This document shows positions 45,725-56,999 of a stretch of DNA of 64,000 bases, piece after piece. The stretch lies in assembly GCA_900617105.1 (NCBI GenBank), contig UYFQ01000600.1, forward strand, positions 310,001-374,000, read 5' to 3'. Positions within the stretch are counted from its first letter, which is position 1. Each line of letters opens with the position of its first letter. The translations under genes were made by a program, and so were the position numbers. Under the pieces are notes generated by a model. That model did not search any database. It had not been told where the DNA came from and saw only the letters and a program-made list of their open reading frames with translations. The DNA is from Hydrurus foetidus. Taxonomy: Eukaryota.

Positions 45725-47462
45725 GCGGCGACGGCGCGGTCCAGCGCGTCATAGAGCGCGCGGATGTCCAGCGGCTTGGCCAGCCAGTCGGTCATGCCGG
45801 CGTCGCGGCAGGCCTGGACCTCCTCGGCCGCCACCCCGGCGCTGAAGCCGATCACCGGCGTGTCGCGATTGAGACCGACGCCCGCCCGCAGTCGCCGGGT
45901 CGCCTCGCAGCCGTCCAGGCCGGGCATGTTGACGTCCATCAGCACGATGTCGAACCGTTCAGCGGCAAGGTACTTCAATGCCGACAGGCCGTCCGAGGCC
46001 GTCGACAAGGTCACGCCCAGCGGTTCAAGCACCAGGGCCAGGGTGCGGCGGTTCACCTCGTGGTCGTCGACGGCCAGGACCCTCAGGGTCGAGACCTGCG
46101 GCGCGTCGCCGTCGTCACGCGCCGTGCCGACAACACTCTCCGAGCTGCCCTGCGGCAGGGTCAGGGTCAGGCGGAAGATCGCGCCCCGGGGCACGGCCGC
46201 TCGGGCGTCCAGTTCGCCCCCCATAAGCCGCGCCAGTTCCCGGCTCACGGTCAGGCCCAGGCCCGTGCCGCCATAGGTGCGCGCGGTTTCCTGCGAGGCC
46301 TGGCTGTAGGGCGTGAACAGGCGGGCCATGGCCTCGGGCGCGATGCCCGCGCCATTGTCCTGCACCTCGATGACGATCTGCAGCAGGCCGTCCGCCAGCG
46401 GCTCCACCGCCAGACGCAGGTCAATGACCCCCTCGTCGCTGAACTTCACGGCATTGGACAGCAGGTTGTTGAGAATCTGCCTCAGGCGGAACGGATCGCC
46501 CTGGACCCAGACCGGCGCCTGATCGCCTGACCCCTGGCGCAGAACCAGACCCTTGGCGACGGCCTGGGCGGTCCAGAACCGGGTGGCGTCACCCAGCGCC
46601 CCCAGCAGGTCGAAATTGCGGGTTTCCAGACTCATGGCCCGGGCCTCGATCTTGGCCTGGTCCAGCATGTCGGTCAGCAGTCCGGTCATCAGATGGCCGG
46701 CGTCGACGATCAGGTCTGCGGTGGCGGCCGTCTGGGCCGGGTGCGAGCCCCGACGGATCAGGTGGGCGCCGGCCAGGATCGCGGACAGCGGCGTCCGCAG
46801 CTCATGGCTGACAATGGCCGCCATGGCCGCGCGGTCAGCCACCGCCGCCTCGGCCTGGATACGGCGCGCATCCGATTCCTCATGGGCCGCGATCACGGCC
46901 TTGCGGGCCTGATGCAGTCGCTGCCAGGTGCTGTGCACCGCTATGGTGAAGAAGACCACCATCGTCGCCAGGATCGCCACCTGGCCATAGGGGGTGCGCC
47001 ACCACATCGGCAGGGTCGCCAGGCTGACCACATAGGGCGCGGCCCCAAGATAGAACAGCGGTCGGCTGTCGACGCCCGAGGCGACATTGTTCAGCAGGCC
47101 GCCGGCCAGCAGAAACAGGGCCAGGGCCATCAGGGACGGCTGGTCGCTGTACCAGAGGATCGCCGCGGCTCCGGCGTGGACCGTCGCCATGGTCAGGACA
47201 GAGACCAGCATCAGCAGGGCCCAGGCCTCGACGTGACGGGTCGGCATGCGCCCCTTGGCGAAGGCGGGCCTGACCGTGATGAACCCAGGGCCTGAACCGA
47301 CAGGCTGGACAGCAGCCACATCCCGATCAGGTCATCCCGCGAGGCCAGATGCAGGGCCCAGCTCAACAGGACCATCACACCGAGACGCGTAAAGACCTGC
47401 TTGTAACGCTCATCGGCATTGGCGGGCAGATAGGGCAGCAGGGCTGTCAGAAACTTGGACAT
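45721..47462 (-). CDS. Membrane-bound hybrid histidine kinase / receiver (frameshift near 47300)
   Basis: SHELRTPL H-box, NLLSNAVKF, DNGAGI, GGTGLGL, REC AVDD..LMDVNMPGLDG..KP. Confidence 0.93.
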
Positions 47463-47523
47463 GATCCGTCTCCCGTCCTCTGGCCTAGGGCGAAACTGGC
47501 AAAGGAGACGTAAACGCTGGGCC

Positions 47524-49122
47524 CTAGTTCAGCAGGCGCTCTAGCGTTTTGAGTTCATCGGCCTCCCGCGCCGGCTTGTCCCAGCGGATTCGACTGATGC
47601 GCGGAAAGCGCATGGCGACCCCCGACTTGTGTCGGGTCGAGCGTTGCAGGCCCTCGAACGCCACCTCGAACACCAGGCCAAAACCCTCGTCGGCCCGCAC
47701 CGAGCGGACCGGTCCAAACCGCTCAACCGTGTTGTCACGCACGAACTTGTCGATCTGCTTGAGCTCGTCATCCGTGAAGCCGAAATAGGCCTTGCCCACC
47801 GGGGTCAGGGACCGATCGCCCCGCTCGTCCTCGCGCCAGACGCCGAAGGTGTAGTCGGAATAGAAGCTCGAGCGCTTGCCGTGGCCGCGCTGGGCGTACA
47901 TCAGCACCGCGTCGATCAACCGCGGATCGCGCTTCCACTTGAACCACGGCCCCTTGGGGCGACCGGGCTCATAGACGCTGTCGCGGCGCTTGAGCATCAG
48001 GCCTTCGGCGAGCCGGGCATCGCCCTCGGGCGGATCGCCGCGCAGGCCCGCCAGCCCCTCCCAGGTCTCGAACGACTGCAGCGGCGACAGGTCGATGCGC
48101 GGGCTGGCGATCCTGGCCACGAAGGCCTCCAGCCGTTCTCGGCGCGCTGTGAAGGGCAACGACCGCAGGTCGGTCTCGCCATCCAGCAGCAGGTCATAGG
48201 CGCGGATGCCGGCGGGAAAGGCCGCCAGCTGTTTGGCGTCGACCGTCTTGCGGTTCAGGCGCTGCTGCAGGTCGCCGAACGAGGCCAGGGCCCCGTCGCG
48301 GATCACCAGCAGCTCGCCGTCCAGCGCCCCGTCGAAATCCAGCGCCGCCAGAACGTCGGGAAAGGTCGCCGAGATGTCGTCGCCGGTGCGGGTATAGAGC
48401 CGCCGCTCGCCGCGCTCCGAAACCGCCTGCACGCGGATGCCGTCCCACTTCCACTCGGCCACATAGTCGGCCGGGTCGAGCCTGGCGAAATCCACGGTCT
48501 CGTCGATCGCCTGGCCAGCATCACTGGCTGGAAGCGCCCCGCGTCGGGCGAGGGCGTCGGTGAGCGTCCTCCAGCCAGGCGAACAGGTCGCCATAAGGCG
48601 GCTCCAGCGCGTGCCAGACCTCCTCGATCTGCCCGATCTCGACCTTGCCCAGATTGGCGCAGGCCTGCTTGGCCAGCCGCGCCGAAACCCCCACCCGCAG
48701 GCCCCCGGTCATCAGCTTCAGCAGCGCCCAGCGGCCGTCGGGATCCAGGGCGTCCAGCCAGTCCTCGATCAGCCGCTGGACCTCGCCGCGCGAGGCGGTG
48801 CGCAAGGTCTCGACCACCTCGGACAGTTCGGGTTCGCGATTGGGGCCCGGCCGCGTGGGCCAGACCAGGGCGACGGTCTCGGCCAGATCGCCGACAAAGT
48901 CATAGGACCAGGCGAACAGCTGGGGGTCCATCCGCGCCTCGACCGCCTTGCGGATGAAGGCCGGCTTGGCCGCCGAGAACGACAGGGCCCCGGTCAGGGC
49001 CGCCAGGGCGAAACCCCGGTCGGGTCGGGCTGGCCGCGCAGAAAGTCCTCGATCAGGGTCAGCTTGGCGTTGCGCGAGCTGGTCAGGGACAGCCGGTCCA
49101 GCAGGTGGGCGAAGGCGCGCAT
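47524..49122 (-). CDS. ATP-dependent DNA ligase (DNA-damage-response type), frameshifted
   Basis: SYDFVGDLAETVAL, EWKWDGIR (KxDG), LDGEL, EGLMLK, WFKWK, SGVAMRFPR. Confidence 0.92.
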
Positions 49123-49170
49123 GGACATCGAACGCCTCCCCTCGGCTCCGGTTCAGGTCATCTCGACGGG

Positions 49171-49893
49171 TCAGGCCGAACGGGCTTCGTCCAGCTGGCC
49201 CAGGATCATGATCTTCTGCCAGATCTTGCGGCCCAGGTCCGAGGTCAGGGTCTCGATGTCGTTGACGGCCGAAACGATGACCGGATCATCGCTCTCGCCG
49301 GCATAGAGGGCCGCCAGCTTGGCGGTCAGGGCCAGCATCTCGGCACAATAGTCCAGATAGCGGGCCAGCTGAAAGCGGTTCATCTCGCGCACCGGCGAGG
49401 ACGGCGTTCGCGGCCCCAGCACCAGGGTGGGGTCCTTGGTCAGCTGGTGCATGTCGATGACGTGGGCGAACGAGCGCAGTTCGTGCAGCGCCTTCTGCAC
49501 CCGGCCGCGCTTCCAGCGGGTTTCCAGCGAGACCAGGAACCAGGCCGCGGCGCCCGACAGCAGGATCAGATTGACTGCCGGCTCCAGCCCCTGGGCCAGG
49601 CGCAGCGCGTCGGCGCCGCGCAGGGTGGCCAGCCAGTCCAGCCGGGCGATCAGGGCCAGCTCGGCCAGGATCGCGACCAGCACCACGGCCAGAACCAGAA
49701 GGCGCAGTCCCAGATAGGGTCGCGACAGCCGCCTGGCCCTCTGGGCGGTGGTCCGCGCCGTCACGGTCAGCTGCTCGCAGACCTGGGCCAGACCGGCGTC
49801 GGGAAAGCGCTCGGCGACGCGGATGCGCAGATGGTCCAGCGTGGCGACCACCTTGGCCGCATCCAGCTTTCGCGCGCCGTTGTCCCTGGCCAT
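49171..49893 (-). CDS. Hypothetical 2-TM membrane protein
   Basis: Intact 240-aa ORF, two hydrophobic segments, HELRSFAHVIDMHQLTKDP and RYLDYC blocks. Confidence 0.75.
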   Translation of the reverse strand: MARDNGARKLDAAKVVATLDHLRIRVAERFPDAGLAQVCEQLTVTARTTAQRARRLSRPYLGLRLLVLAVVLVAILAELALIARLDWLATLRGADALRLAQGLEPAVNLILLSGAAAWFLVSLETRWKRGRVQKALHELRSFAHVIDMHQLTKDPTLVLGPRTPSSPVREMNRFQLARYLDYCAEMLALTAKLAALYAGESDDPVIVSAVNDIETLTSDLGRKIWQKIMILGQLDEARSA

Positions 49894-49941
49894 CGGATCC
49901 CCCTCGCGCAGCGACGCTAGCATGCCGAGGGCGCTTGCGGT

Positions 49942-49965
49942 CAATTCAAACACATGTTTGAATTG
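49942..49965. promoter_or_regulatory. PsrA-like (TetR) operator
   Basis: caattcaaaca-ca-tgtttgaattg, 11-bp perfect arms containing TTCAAAC-N4-GTTTGAA. Confidence 0.7.
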
Positions 49966-49982
49966 GGGATCGGAGACCGGCC

Positions 49983-50404
49983 ATGACCTTCCAGCCGCCA
50001 GAGCCCTTCACGCTTCACACGCGTCACAGCCCCCTGACCACGCCGTGGGAGCCGCTCTATGCCGATATCCGCGAGGACCGCTGGGTGCTGGGGATCGAGA
50101 TCCGCGAGCCCCACACCAATTCGCGCGGCGCCCCGCATGGCGGCCTGATCGCCGCCCTGGCCGACAACGCCATGGGCCTGTCGTGCGGCGTGATGCTGAA
50201 GGCGCTGAACATCCCGTCCAGCGGACTGGTCACCGTCTCCCTGAGCCTGGACTATCTGGGCGCGCCAAGCTGGGCCAGTGGCTGACGTTCGACACCGACT
50301 TCATCAAGCCCGGCAAGAGCCTGTGCTACGCCGACGCCACGGTGCGGGCCGACGGCAAGCCGGTGGCGCGGGCCCATGCGACGTTCAAGGTGGCCGGGGC
50401 GTAA
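49983..50404 (+). CDS. PaaI-family thioesterase (frameshift near 50265)
   Basis: HTNSRGAPHGGLIAALADNAMG, VTVSLSLDYL, VARAHATF. Confidence 0.9.
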
Positions 50405-50438
50405 GGCGAGCGGACGGGCGTTTGGCTCGAGACGCGCC

Positions 50439-52849
50439 CTACAGCCCCGGGGGTGGCGGCGCCAGGATCTCGCGCTTGCCGGCGTGGTTGGCGGCGCCGA
50501 CCACGCCTTCCTTCTCCATCCGCTCCATCAGGGACGCGGCGCGGTTGTAGCCGATCTGCAGGCGGCGCTGGATGTAGCTGGTCGAGGCCTTGCGGTCGCG
50601 GGTGACCACGGCCACGGCGTGGTCGTAGAGGTCGTTGGCTCCGCCCTCGCCGCCAAAGGCGCCTTCGATGGCCTCTTCCTGTTCCTCGTCGCCGCCGGCG
50701 GTGACCTCTTCCAGATAGTTGGGCGTGCCCTGGTCGCGCAGGAACCTGGCCACGGCCTCGACCTCGCCGTCGCTGACGAACGGACCGTGCAGGCGCGTGA
50801 CCCGCCCGCCGCCGGCCATGTAGAGCATGTCGCCCTGGCCCAGTAGCTGCTCGGCGCCCTGCTCGCCCAGGATGGTGCGGGCGTCGATCTTGCTGGTCAC
50901 CTGGAAGCTGATCCGGGTGGGGAAGTTGGCCTTGATGGTGCCGGTGATCACGTCGACCGACGGGCGCTGGGTGGCCATGATCAGGTGGATGCCGGCGGCG
51001 CGAGCCATCTGGGCCAGGCGCTGGACGGCGCCTTCGATGTCCTTGCCGGCCACCATCATCAGGTCGGCGACCTCGTCGATCACCACGACCAGATAGGGCA
51101 TGGGCTCGGGACGGATCTGCTCGGTCTCGTAGATCGGCCGGCCGGCGTCGTCGAACCCGGTCTGAACGGTGCGCTCGAAATGCTCGCCCTTGTCGAGGGC
51201 TTCATTGGCCTTGTCGTTGAAGCCGCCGATGTTGCGCACGCCGATCTTGGACATCCGCCGATAGCGGTCCTCCATTTCGCGCACGGTCCATTTGAGGGCG
51301 ACGATAGCCTTCTTCGGATCGGTGACGACGGGCGCCAGCAGGTGCGGGATGCCGTCATAGACGGACAGTTCCAGCATCTTGGGGTCGATCATGATGAAGC
51401 GGCACTTGTCCGGCGGCAGCTTGTAGAGGATCGACAGGATGATGGCGTTGACCCCGACCGACTTGCCCGAGCCGGTGGTGCCGGCGATCAGCAGGTGGGG
51501 CATCTTGGCCAGGTCGGCGATATAGGGCTCGCCGCCGATGGTCTCGCCCAGGGCCATGGGCAGGATCGACGTGGACTTGTCGTAGTCGTTGCTGGACAGC
51601 AGATCGCGCAGATAGACCGTCTCGCGCTTTGAGTTGGGCATCTCGATGCCGATGGCGTTGCGGCCCTGGGCCACGGCCACGCGGCACGAGATCACGCTCA
51701 TCGAGCGGGCGATGTCGTCGGCCAGGGCCACGACCCGGGCGGTCTTGACGCCGGGAGCTGGCACCAGCTCGTACATGGTGACCACCGGACCGGGACGGAT
51801 CTGGTCGATCTGGCCCTTGACCCCGAACTCGGCCAGCACGCTTTCCAGCAGGCGGGCGTTCTGGCGCAGGGCGGCGGCGTCAACCTCGGACGAGCGCGGC
51901 TTGGCCTTGGCCAGCATGGCCAGTTCGGGCAGCTGGAAGCCGCCCTCGTCGTTGAAATTGAAGGCTTTCTGCTGTTCGCGCTGCTCGCGGCCGCTGTCCT
52001 TGGGCAGGGTCTTGGGCTTGGCGATGGCCAGCGGGCGGGCCGCGACGGGCTCGTCTTCGTCCGCGTCGTCATGGGCGACGGGCGGCGGCGTGTAGGCCTG
52101 TTCGGGAACCTCGACCTCGGGCCGGGCCGGGCGACGCGGCGGGATGGGGGTCTCGACGGCCTTGCGGGCGCGCGGCGCCTTGGGCGCGGGGGCCGCAGGC
52201 TCCGGCTCGGCGGTTCACGCGGCTGCAGGGCGTCGCCGACGGCGTGCGCGATGGCCTCCGGATCGAACCGGCGGAAGCCGATGGCGTAGCCCAGAGCGAT
52301 GGCGGCGCCGATGGCCAGCAGGATGGCGGCGATCAGCCGGGCGCCGGGCACGCGGGCGAAATCGAAGATGGCGGCGATCAGGTGCAGCAGGCCGTCGCCC
52401 CAGAACCCGCCCAGGCCCTTTTCCAGCGGCCAGGCGGCCGGCGGGGCCGGCGCAGACAGCAGACCGGCCAGGGCCAGCAGGCCCAGGGTCCCGATTCCGG
52501 CGCGCTGGCGCAGGTCGCGCCGCTCGGCGGCCGGATCGGCCTGCGATACGCGGGTGACGCCAAACACCAGCATCAGCAGGGCGGCGCCCCAGCCCGACAG
52601 GCCCAGCGACTGGATCATGATATCGGCCACGGCGGCGCCCGCCCCGCCCAGGGCGTTGGTCGGGCTTTGCCCCGTGGCGGCGTTCAGGCTGGGATCGGCG
52701 GCGTTATAGGTAGCGACGGCCAGCAGCAGACCGGCGCCCACCACGGTGACCAGACCGCCGCGGAACCGCGCCGACCAGGGCTGGGCCCAGCCGTAGCGGA
52801 TCGCATCCCAGAAGAGCTCCGCCGTTGTACGCCGCGCCGCTCGCGCCAT
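50439..52849 (-). CDS. ftsK: DNA translocase FtsK (frameshifts in linker)
   Basis: N-terminal 4TM (NALGGAGA), PHLLIAGTTGSGKS, IDEVADLM, ATQRPSVD, gamma domain LQIGYNRAA. Confidence 0.96.
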
Positions 52850-52898
52850 GAAACACCCCAAGCACCAAGTCCAGCCGGGATGTTGTGCGCCAAGAGGG

Positions 52899-52913
52899 TT
52901 AAGGGGCGTTTAC
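52899..52913. promoter_or_regulatory. CtrA-like box upstream of ftsK
   Basis: TTAA-ggggcgt-TTAC. Confidence 0.55.
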
Positions 52914-52973
52914 GCTGATCGTCATCGAGACGATTCAGATGGTCGCGGGCCTTGGCGGCGAGAGTTGTTGATC

Positions 52974-53233
52974 ATGCCGCCCCCTCTGACAGAGCCATCC
53001 TTACATCTCACGGCGAGATGATCGCTGGCCCTACAAGGCGATCGGCTTGAAGGACTGCAGCCGGATCGAACAGCTGGTGCGCGAGCAGCGCTCAATCACC
53101 GCGGATTGCGCCGGTCTGGCCTGGGCCTGAACCAGGCCGAATACTGGATGAACCTCCAGCCCAGCGCGATCTCCCGCGATGCGATCGCCAGCCGGGACGC
53201 CCTGGCGGTATCCAGCCGCTGCTCGCGGCGTAG
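52974..53233 (+). pseudogene. HigA-family antitoxin remnant (Xre HTH)
   Basis: KAIGLKDCSRIEQLVREQRSITAD ... EYWMNLQ ... IQPLLAA* in shifting frames. Confidence 0.6.
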
Positions 53234-53313
53234 ATCGGTCGATCTTGAGTGCCGGCGAAAGCGACATTCTGATCGTCTGGAGGGCTCGGTTGCGCAAGTC
53301 AGACTCAGCAGCG

Positions 53314-53447
53314 CTCCGTCACGCTGACATATGGGCAGCGCGCCACCTCCCCCGGGCACGGCGCAGGAGAAGAGCCGCTTCACCCTCCTGCCCCGTAGCG
53401 AAGCGTGCGGGGGAGGTGGCGCGATGCGAATACGCATCGTGACGGAG
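53314..53447. repeat. Two repeat arms of the same family in inside-out orientation
   Basis: ctccgtcacg..cgcgccacctcccccg and cgggggaggtggcgcg..cgtgacggag are reverse complements. Confidence 0.7.
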
Positions 53448-53570
53448 GGGGCGTCCGGCGTCGGCCGTCTTCTGACAAACTGGAAGGTCCGCACCGGGTC
53501 GCCAGCGGTCAAAGGCGCAGGCGTCCGGATCCGGACCATCCTTCGCGGGCGCTCCTGGGAACACCGGCGA

Positions 53571-56500
53571 GTGAAAGTCCCGGCTGGTCTGCAGCCGCCC
53601 CGACACCCTGTGCCGTCACGCGCGGGGCCGCGGCGCCGGGTCTTCCTTCAGGCGCCCCAGTTCGGCCGACAGGTCGGTGAAGCGCTCGGCGACCAGGTGG
53701 ATCACGCCTTCGGCCGCCTTGCACCCTGCCGTGCACCACCAGGAACGAGGCGGTCATCACCGTATTGCGGTCGGCCTCGAAGCGGTCCTTCCAGGACCAC
53801 CGCATTGGCCACGCCGCACCTCCATCGTGACAAACACCAGCCTTGGCCGTGCGGGCCGCTGGCGGATCAGCACGATGCCGGCCACCGGCGACCCGCTTGC
53901 CGTCCTGGATCTGCGGCAGGCGGTCGGCCGGGATCACGCCCATGCCGTCCAGCATCGGCCGATAGAAGGCGCAGGGATGGGCCTTCAGCGACAGGCTGGT
54001 GGTGCGATAGTCCTCGGCCACCGCCTGGGGCAGGGCCATGACCGGCAGGCTCACCGCCGCCTCGAACAGCGGCAGCCCCGCCAGCAAAGGCGCCTGGACC
54101 GGGGCCTTGGCCTCGCCCTTGACGCCCTTGACCGCCCACAGGGCCTCGCGCCGGCTCAGGCCCGTTGAGGCAAAGGCGTCGGCCTCGGCCAGCAGCTCCA
54201 GGGCCCTTTGCGGCACGCCATATTGCGCGAAGTCGGCCGGGGTTCGCGCGCCCTCGTCGCGCGCCATGGCCAGCAGTTTAGCCTCGGTCTCGCGCACGCC
54301 CTTGACCTGGCGCAGGCCCAGGCGAACGGCCTTCCAGAACGGGCGCGGTGTCGCGAAGAGCTGTCGGCGAAGTTTCCTCCTCGATGGGGGCAGGCCCGGG
54401 GACGGGTGCCAGCGTTTCAGGATGTGGCGCGGCAGAGCCTGCCCGCCGGCGGTGTCACCCTCACTCTGCCCCTCCTGGCATCCAAGGGGAGGGAGAGCGT
54501 CGGTCCTCCAGCATACAGTCCCAGTCGCTGCTCATCACATCGGGCGGCAAGACCGCGACGCCGTGCTCGCGGGCGTCGCGCACCATCTGGGCCGGCTGGT
54601 AGAAGCCCATCGGCTGGGAATTGATCAGCACCGCGCAGAACACATCCGGCCAGGCCCATTTCATCCAGGCCGAGACATAAACGAGCTTGGCGAAACTGGC
54701 CGCGTGGCTCTCGGGAAAGCCATAGTGGCCAAAGCCCTCGATCTGCTTGAAGCAGCGCTCGGCGAAGTCGCGCTGTAGCCGCGTCGGCCATGCCCTCGAC
54801 GAACTTGTCGCGATACTCGGCCGGCGTGCCCAGGTTCTTGAAGGTGGCCATGGCCTTGCGCAGGCCGTCGGCCTCGTCGGGCGTGAACTTGGCGGCCTCG
54901 ATGGCCAGGCTCATGGCCTGTTCCTGAAACAGCGGCACGCCGAAGGTCTTGCCCAGGATACCCCGCAGTTCGTCGGCCGGGCCGTGCTCGGGCGACGGAG
55001 CCGGCCACTCCACCGGGTCCTGGCCGCTTCGCCGTCGCAGATAGGGATGGACCATGTCGCCCTGGATCGGGCCGGGTCGGACGATCGCCACCTCGATGAC
55101 CAGGTCATAGAATTCCGCCGGCTTCAGCCTCGGCAGCATCGACATCTGGGCCCGGCTCTCGACCTGGAACACCCCGACGGAATCGGCCTTGGACAGCATG
55201 TCATAGACGCCCTTCACCTCGCGGGGGACGTCGGCCAGATCGTGGATATGCAGGCCATGCTGGGCGCGCAGCATGCCAAAGCCGCGCTGGATGGCCGTCA
55301 GCATGCCCAGGGCCAGGATGTCGACCTTCATCAAACCCAGGCTGTCGATATCGTCCTTGTCCCACTCGATGAAGGTGCGGTCCTTCATCGCCGCGTTGCC
55401 GATCGGCACGGTCTCGTCCAGCCGCCGCTTGGTCAGCACGAAGCCGCCGACATGCTGTGACAGGTGGCGGGGAAAACCCAGCAGCGCGCTGGCCAGGCTG
55501 ACGGCGCGGGCGATCTCGGGCGCGTCGGGATCCAGACCCGCCTTGCGGATATGCTCTTCCGGCAGGCCCGACCCCCAGCTGCCCCAGACCGTGGCGGACA
55601 GCAGGCTGGTGACATCCTCGGTCAGGCCCAGGGCCTTGCCGACGTCGCGGATGGCGCTGCGCGGCCGGTAGTGGATCACCGTGCCGCAGATGGCGGCATA
55701 GTCGCGGCCATAGCGGCGATAGACATATTGCATCACCTCCTCGCGCCGCTCGTGCTCGAAATCGACGTCGATATCCGGCGGCTCGCCGCGATTTTCCGAG
55801 ATGAAGCGGGTGAACAGCAGGCGGTGCTCGGTCGGTCGATCGAGTGACGCCCAGCAGAACAGACCGAGGTGGCCGCCGATCCCCGCCCCTGGCACAGGAT
55901 CCCATGGCGCGCGCCTCCTGAACGATGTCGTGCACGGTGAGGAAATAGTTGGGGTAGTTCATCTTGCCGATCAGCCGCAGCTCCTCGTTCAGCTGCGCGA
56001 CGACCTTGTCCGGAACCCCGTCCGATAGCGCCAGGCCGCGCCGGCGAAGGTCAGGTCGGTCAGCTGCATGGCGGTCTTGCCGGCGGCACCGGCTCGTCGG
56101 GATATTCCTCCTTCAGCTGACCCAGGTCAAAACCGATGCGCTTCGACGATCTCCAGCGTGCGCTCGACAGCGCGCGCCAGCGCTCGAACAGGCGGGCCAT
56201 TTCGGCGGCGTCTTCAGATGGCGCTCGGCATTGGCCTCAAGCAAGCCCGCCTCGTGGATCGTGCAGTGCTCGCGCACGCAGGTCATCACGTCCTGCAGCG
56301 GCCGCCGCTCGGGGCCGTGATAGAGCACGTCATTGGTGGCCACCATCGGCGCGCCGGCCGCGCGGGCCAGTCGTCCAGCCGCGCCAGGCGCTGCAGGTCG
56401 CGGGCGCATAGGCCCGGCTGGCGGCCAGCAGCCGGCCGCGCAGGTCGCCGGCCATGCGGTCCAGGTCGGTGGTGAAGGCTCGTCCAGCTGCCGGCGGCAC

Positions 56501-56999
56501 GATCAGGGCCAGCTGGCCTTCGGCGTGCTGCAGGAAATCCTCCCAGTGCAGCTCGCATTCGCCCTTGCCGGCCCGGCGCTGGCCGACCGTCAGCAGGCGG
56601 GTCAGGCGGGCGAAGGCCTCGCGGTCGGACGGGTAGCACAGCAGGCTGGGCGTCCCGTCGGCGAAGTCCAGCCGACAGCCGGTCAGGGCCCGGACCTGCA
56701 GGTCCTTGGCCGCCGTCAGGCGCGCACCACGCCCGACAGGGTGTTGCGGTCGGCGATCCCGACAGCGGCCAGGCCCAGCCCTGGGCGGTGGGCATCAGCT
56801 CGCGGGCGTGGGAGGCCCCGCGCAGGAACGAGAAGTTGCTGGTGGTTTGCAGTTCGGCATAGGCGGGGGTCGTCATCAGTCCTCCCCCTGAAGGGGGAGG
56901 TGTCCGCGCAGCGGACGGAGGGGGAAGACGGCCGGCGTTGGGAATAACTTCTCCGGCGCTTCGCGCCGCCTCCCCTTCAGGGGGAGGACTTTGGCTCAT
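53571..56999 (-). CDS. dnaE2: Error-prone DNA polymerase DnaE2/ImuC, multiply frameshifted
   Basis: [69 protein letters not shown]-terminal SRDFH. Confidence 0.93.
54373..54494. repeat. Degenerate palindromic repeat inside dnaE2
   Basis: tttcctcctcgatgggggcagg..gggtg and caccc..cccctcc..aaggggaggga, between DWDCMLE and [11 protein letters not shown]. Confidence 0.55.
56878..56990. repeat. Palindromic repeat in frame at the dnaE2 5' end
   Basis: 19-bp TIR agtcctccccctgaagggg/ccccttcagggggaggact. Confidence 0.85.

Noticed and set aside
53319..53570. C-terminal extension of DnaE2 beyond SRDFH
   Set aside because: The family normally ends at this motif; TCG in place of a stop could be a base-call error, and the extension runs through repeat DNA; not supportable without reads
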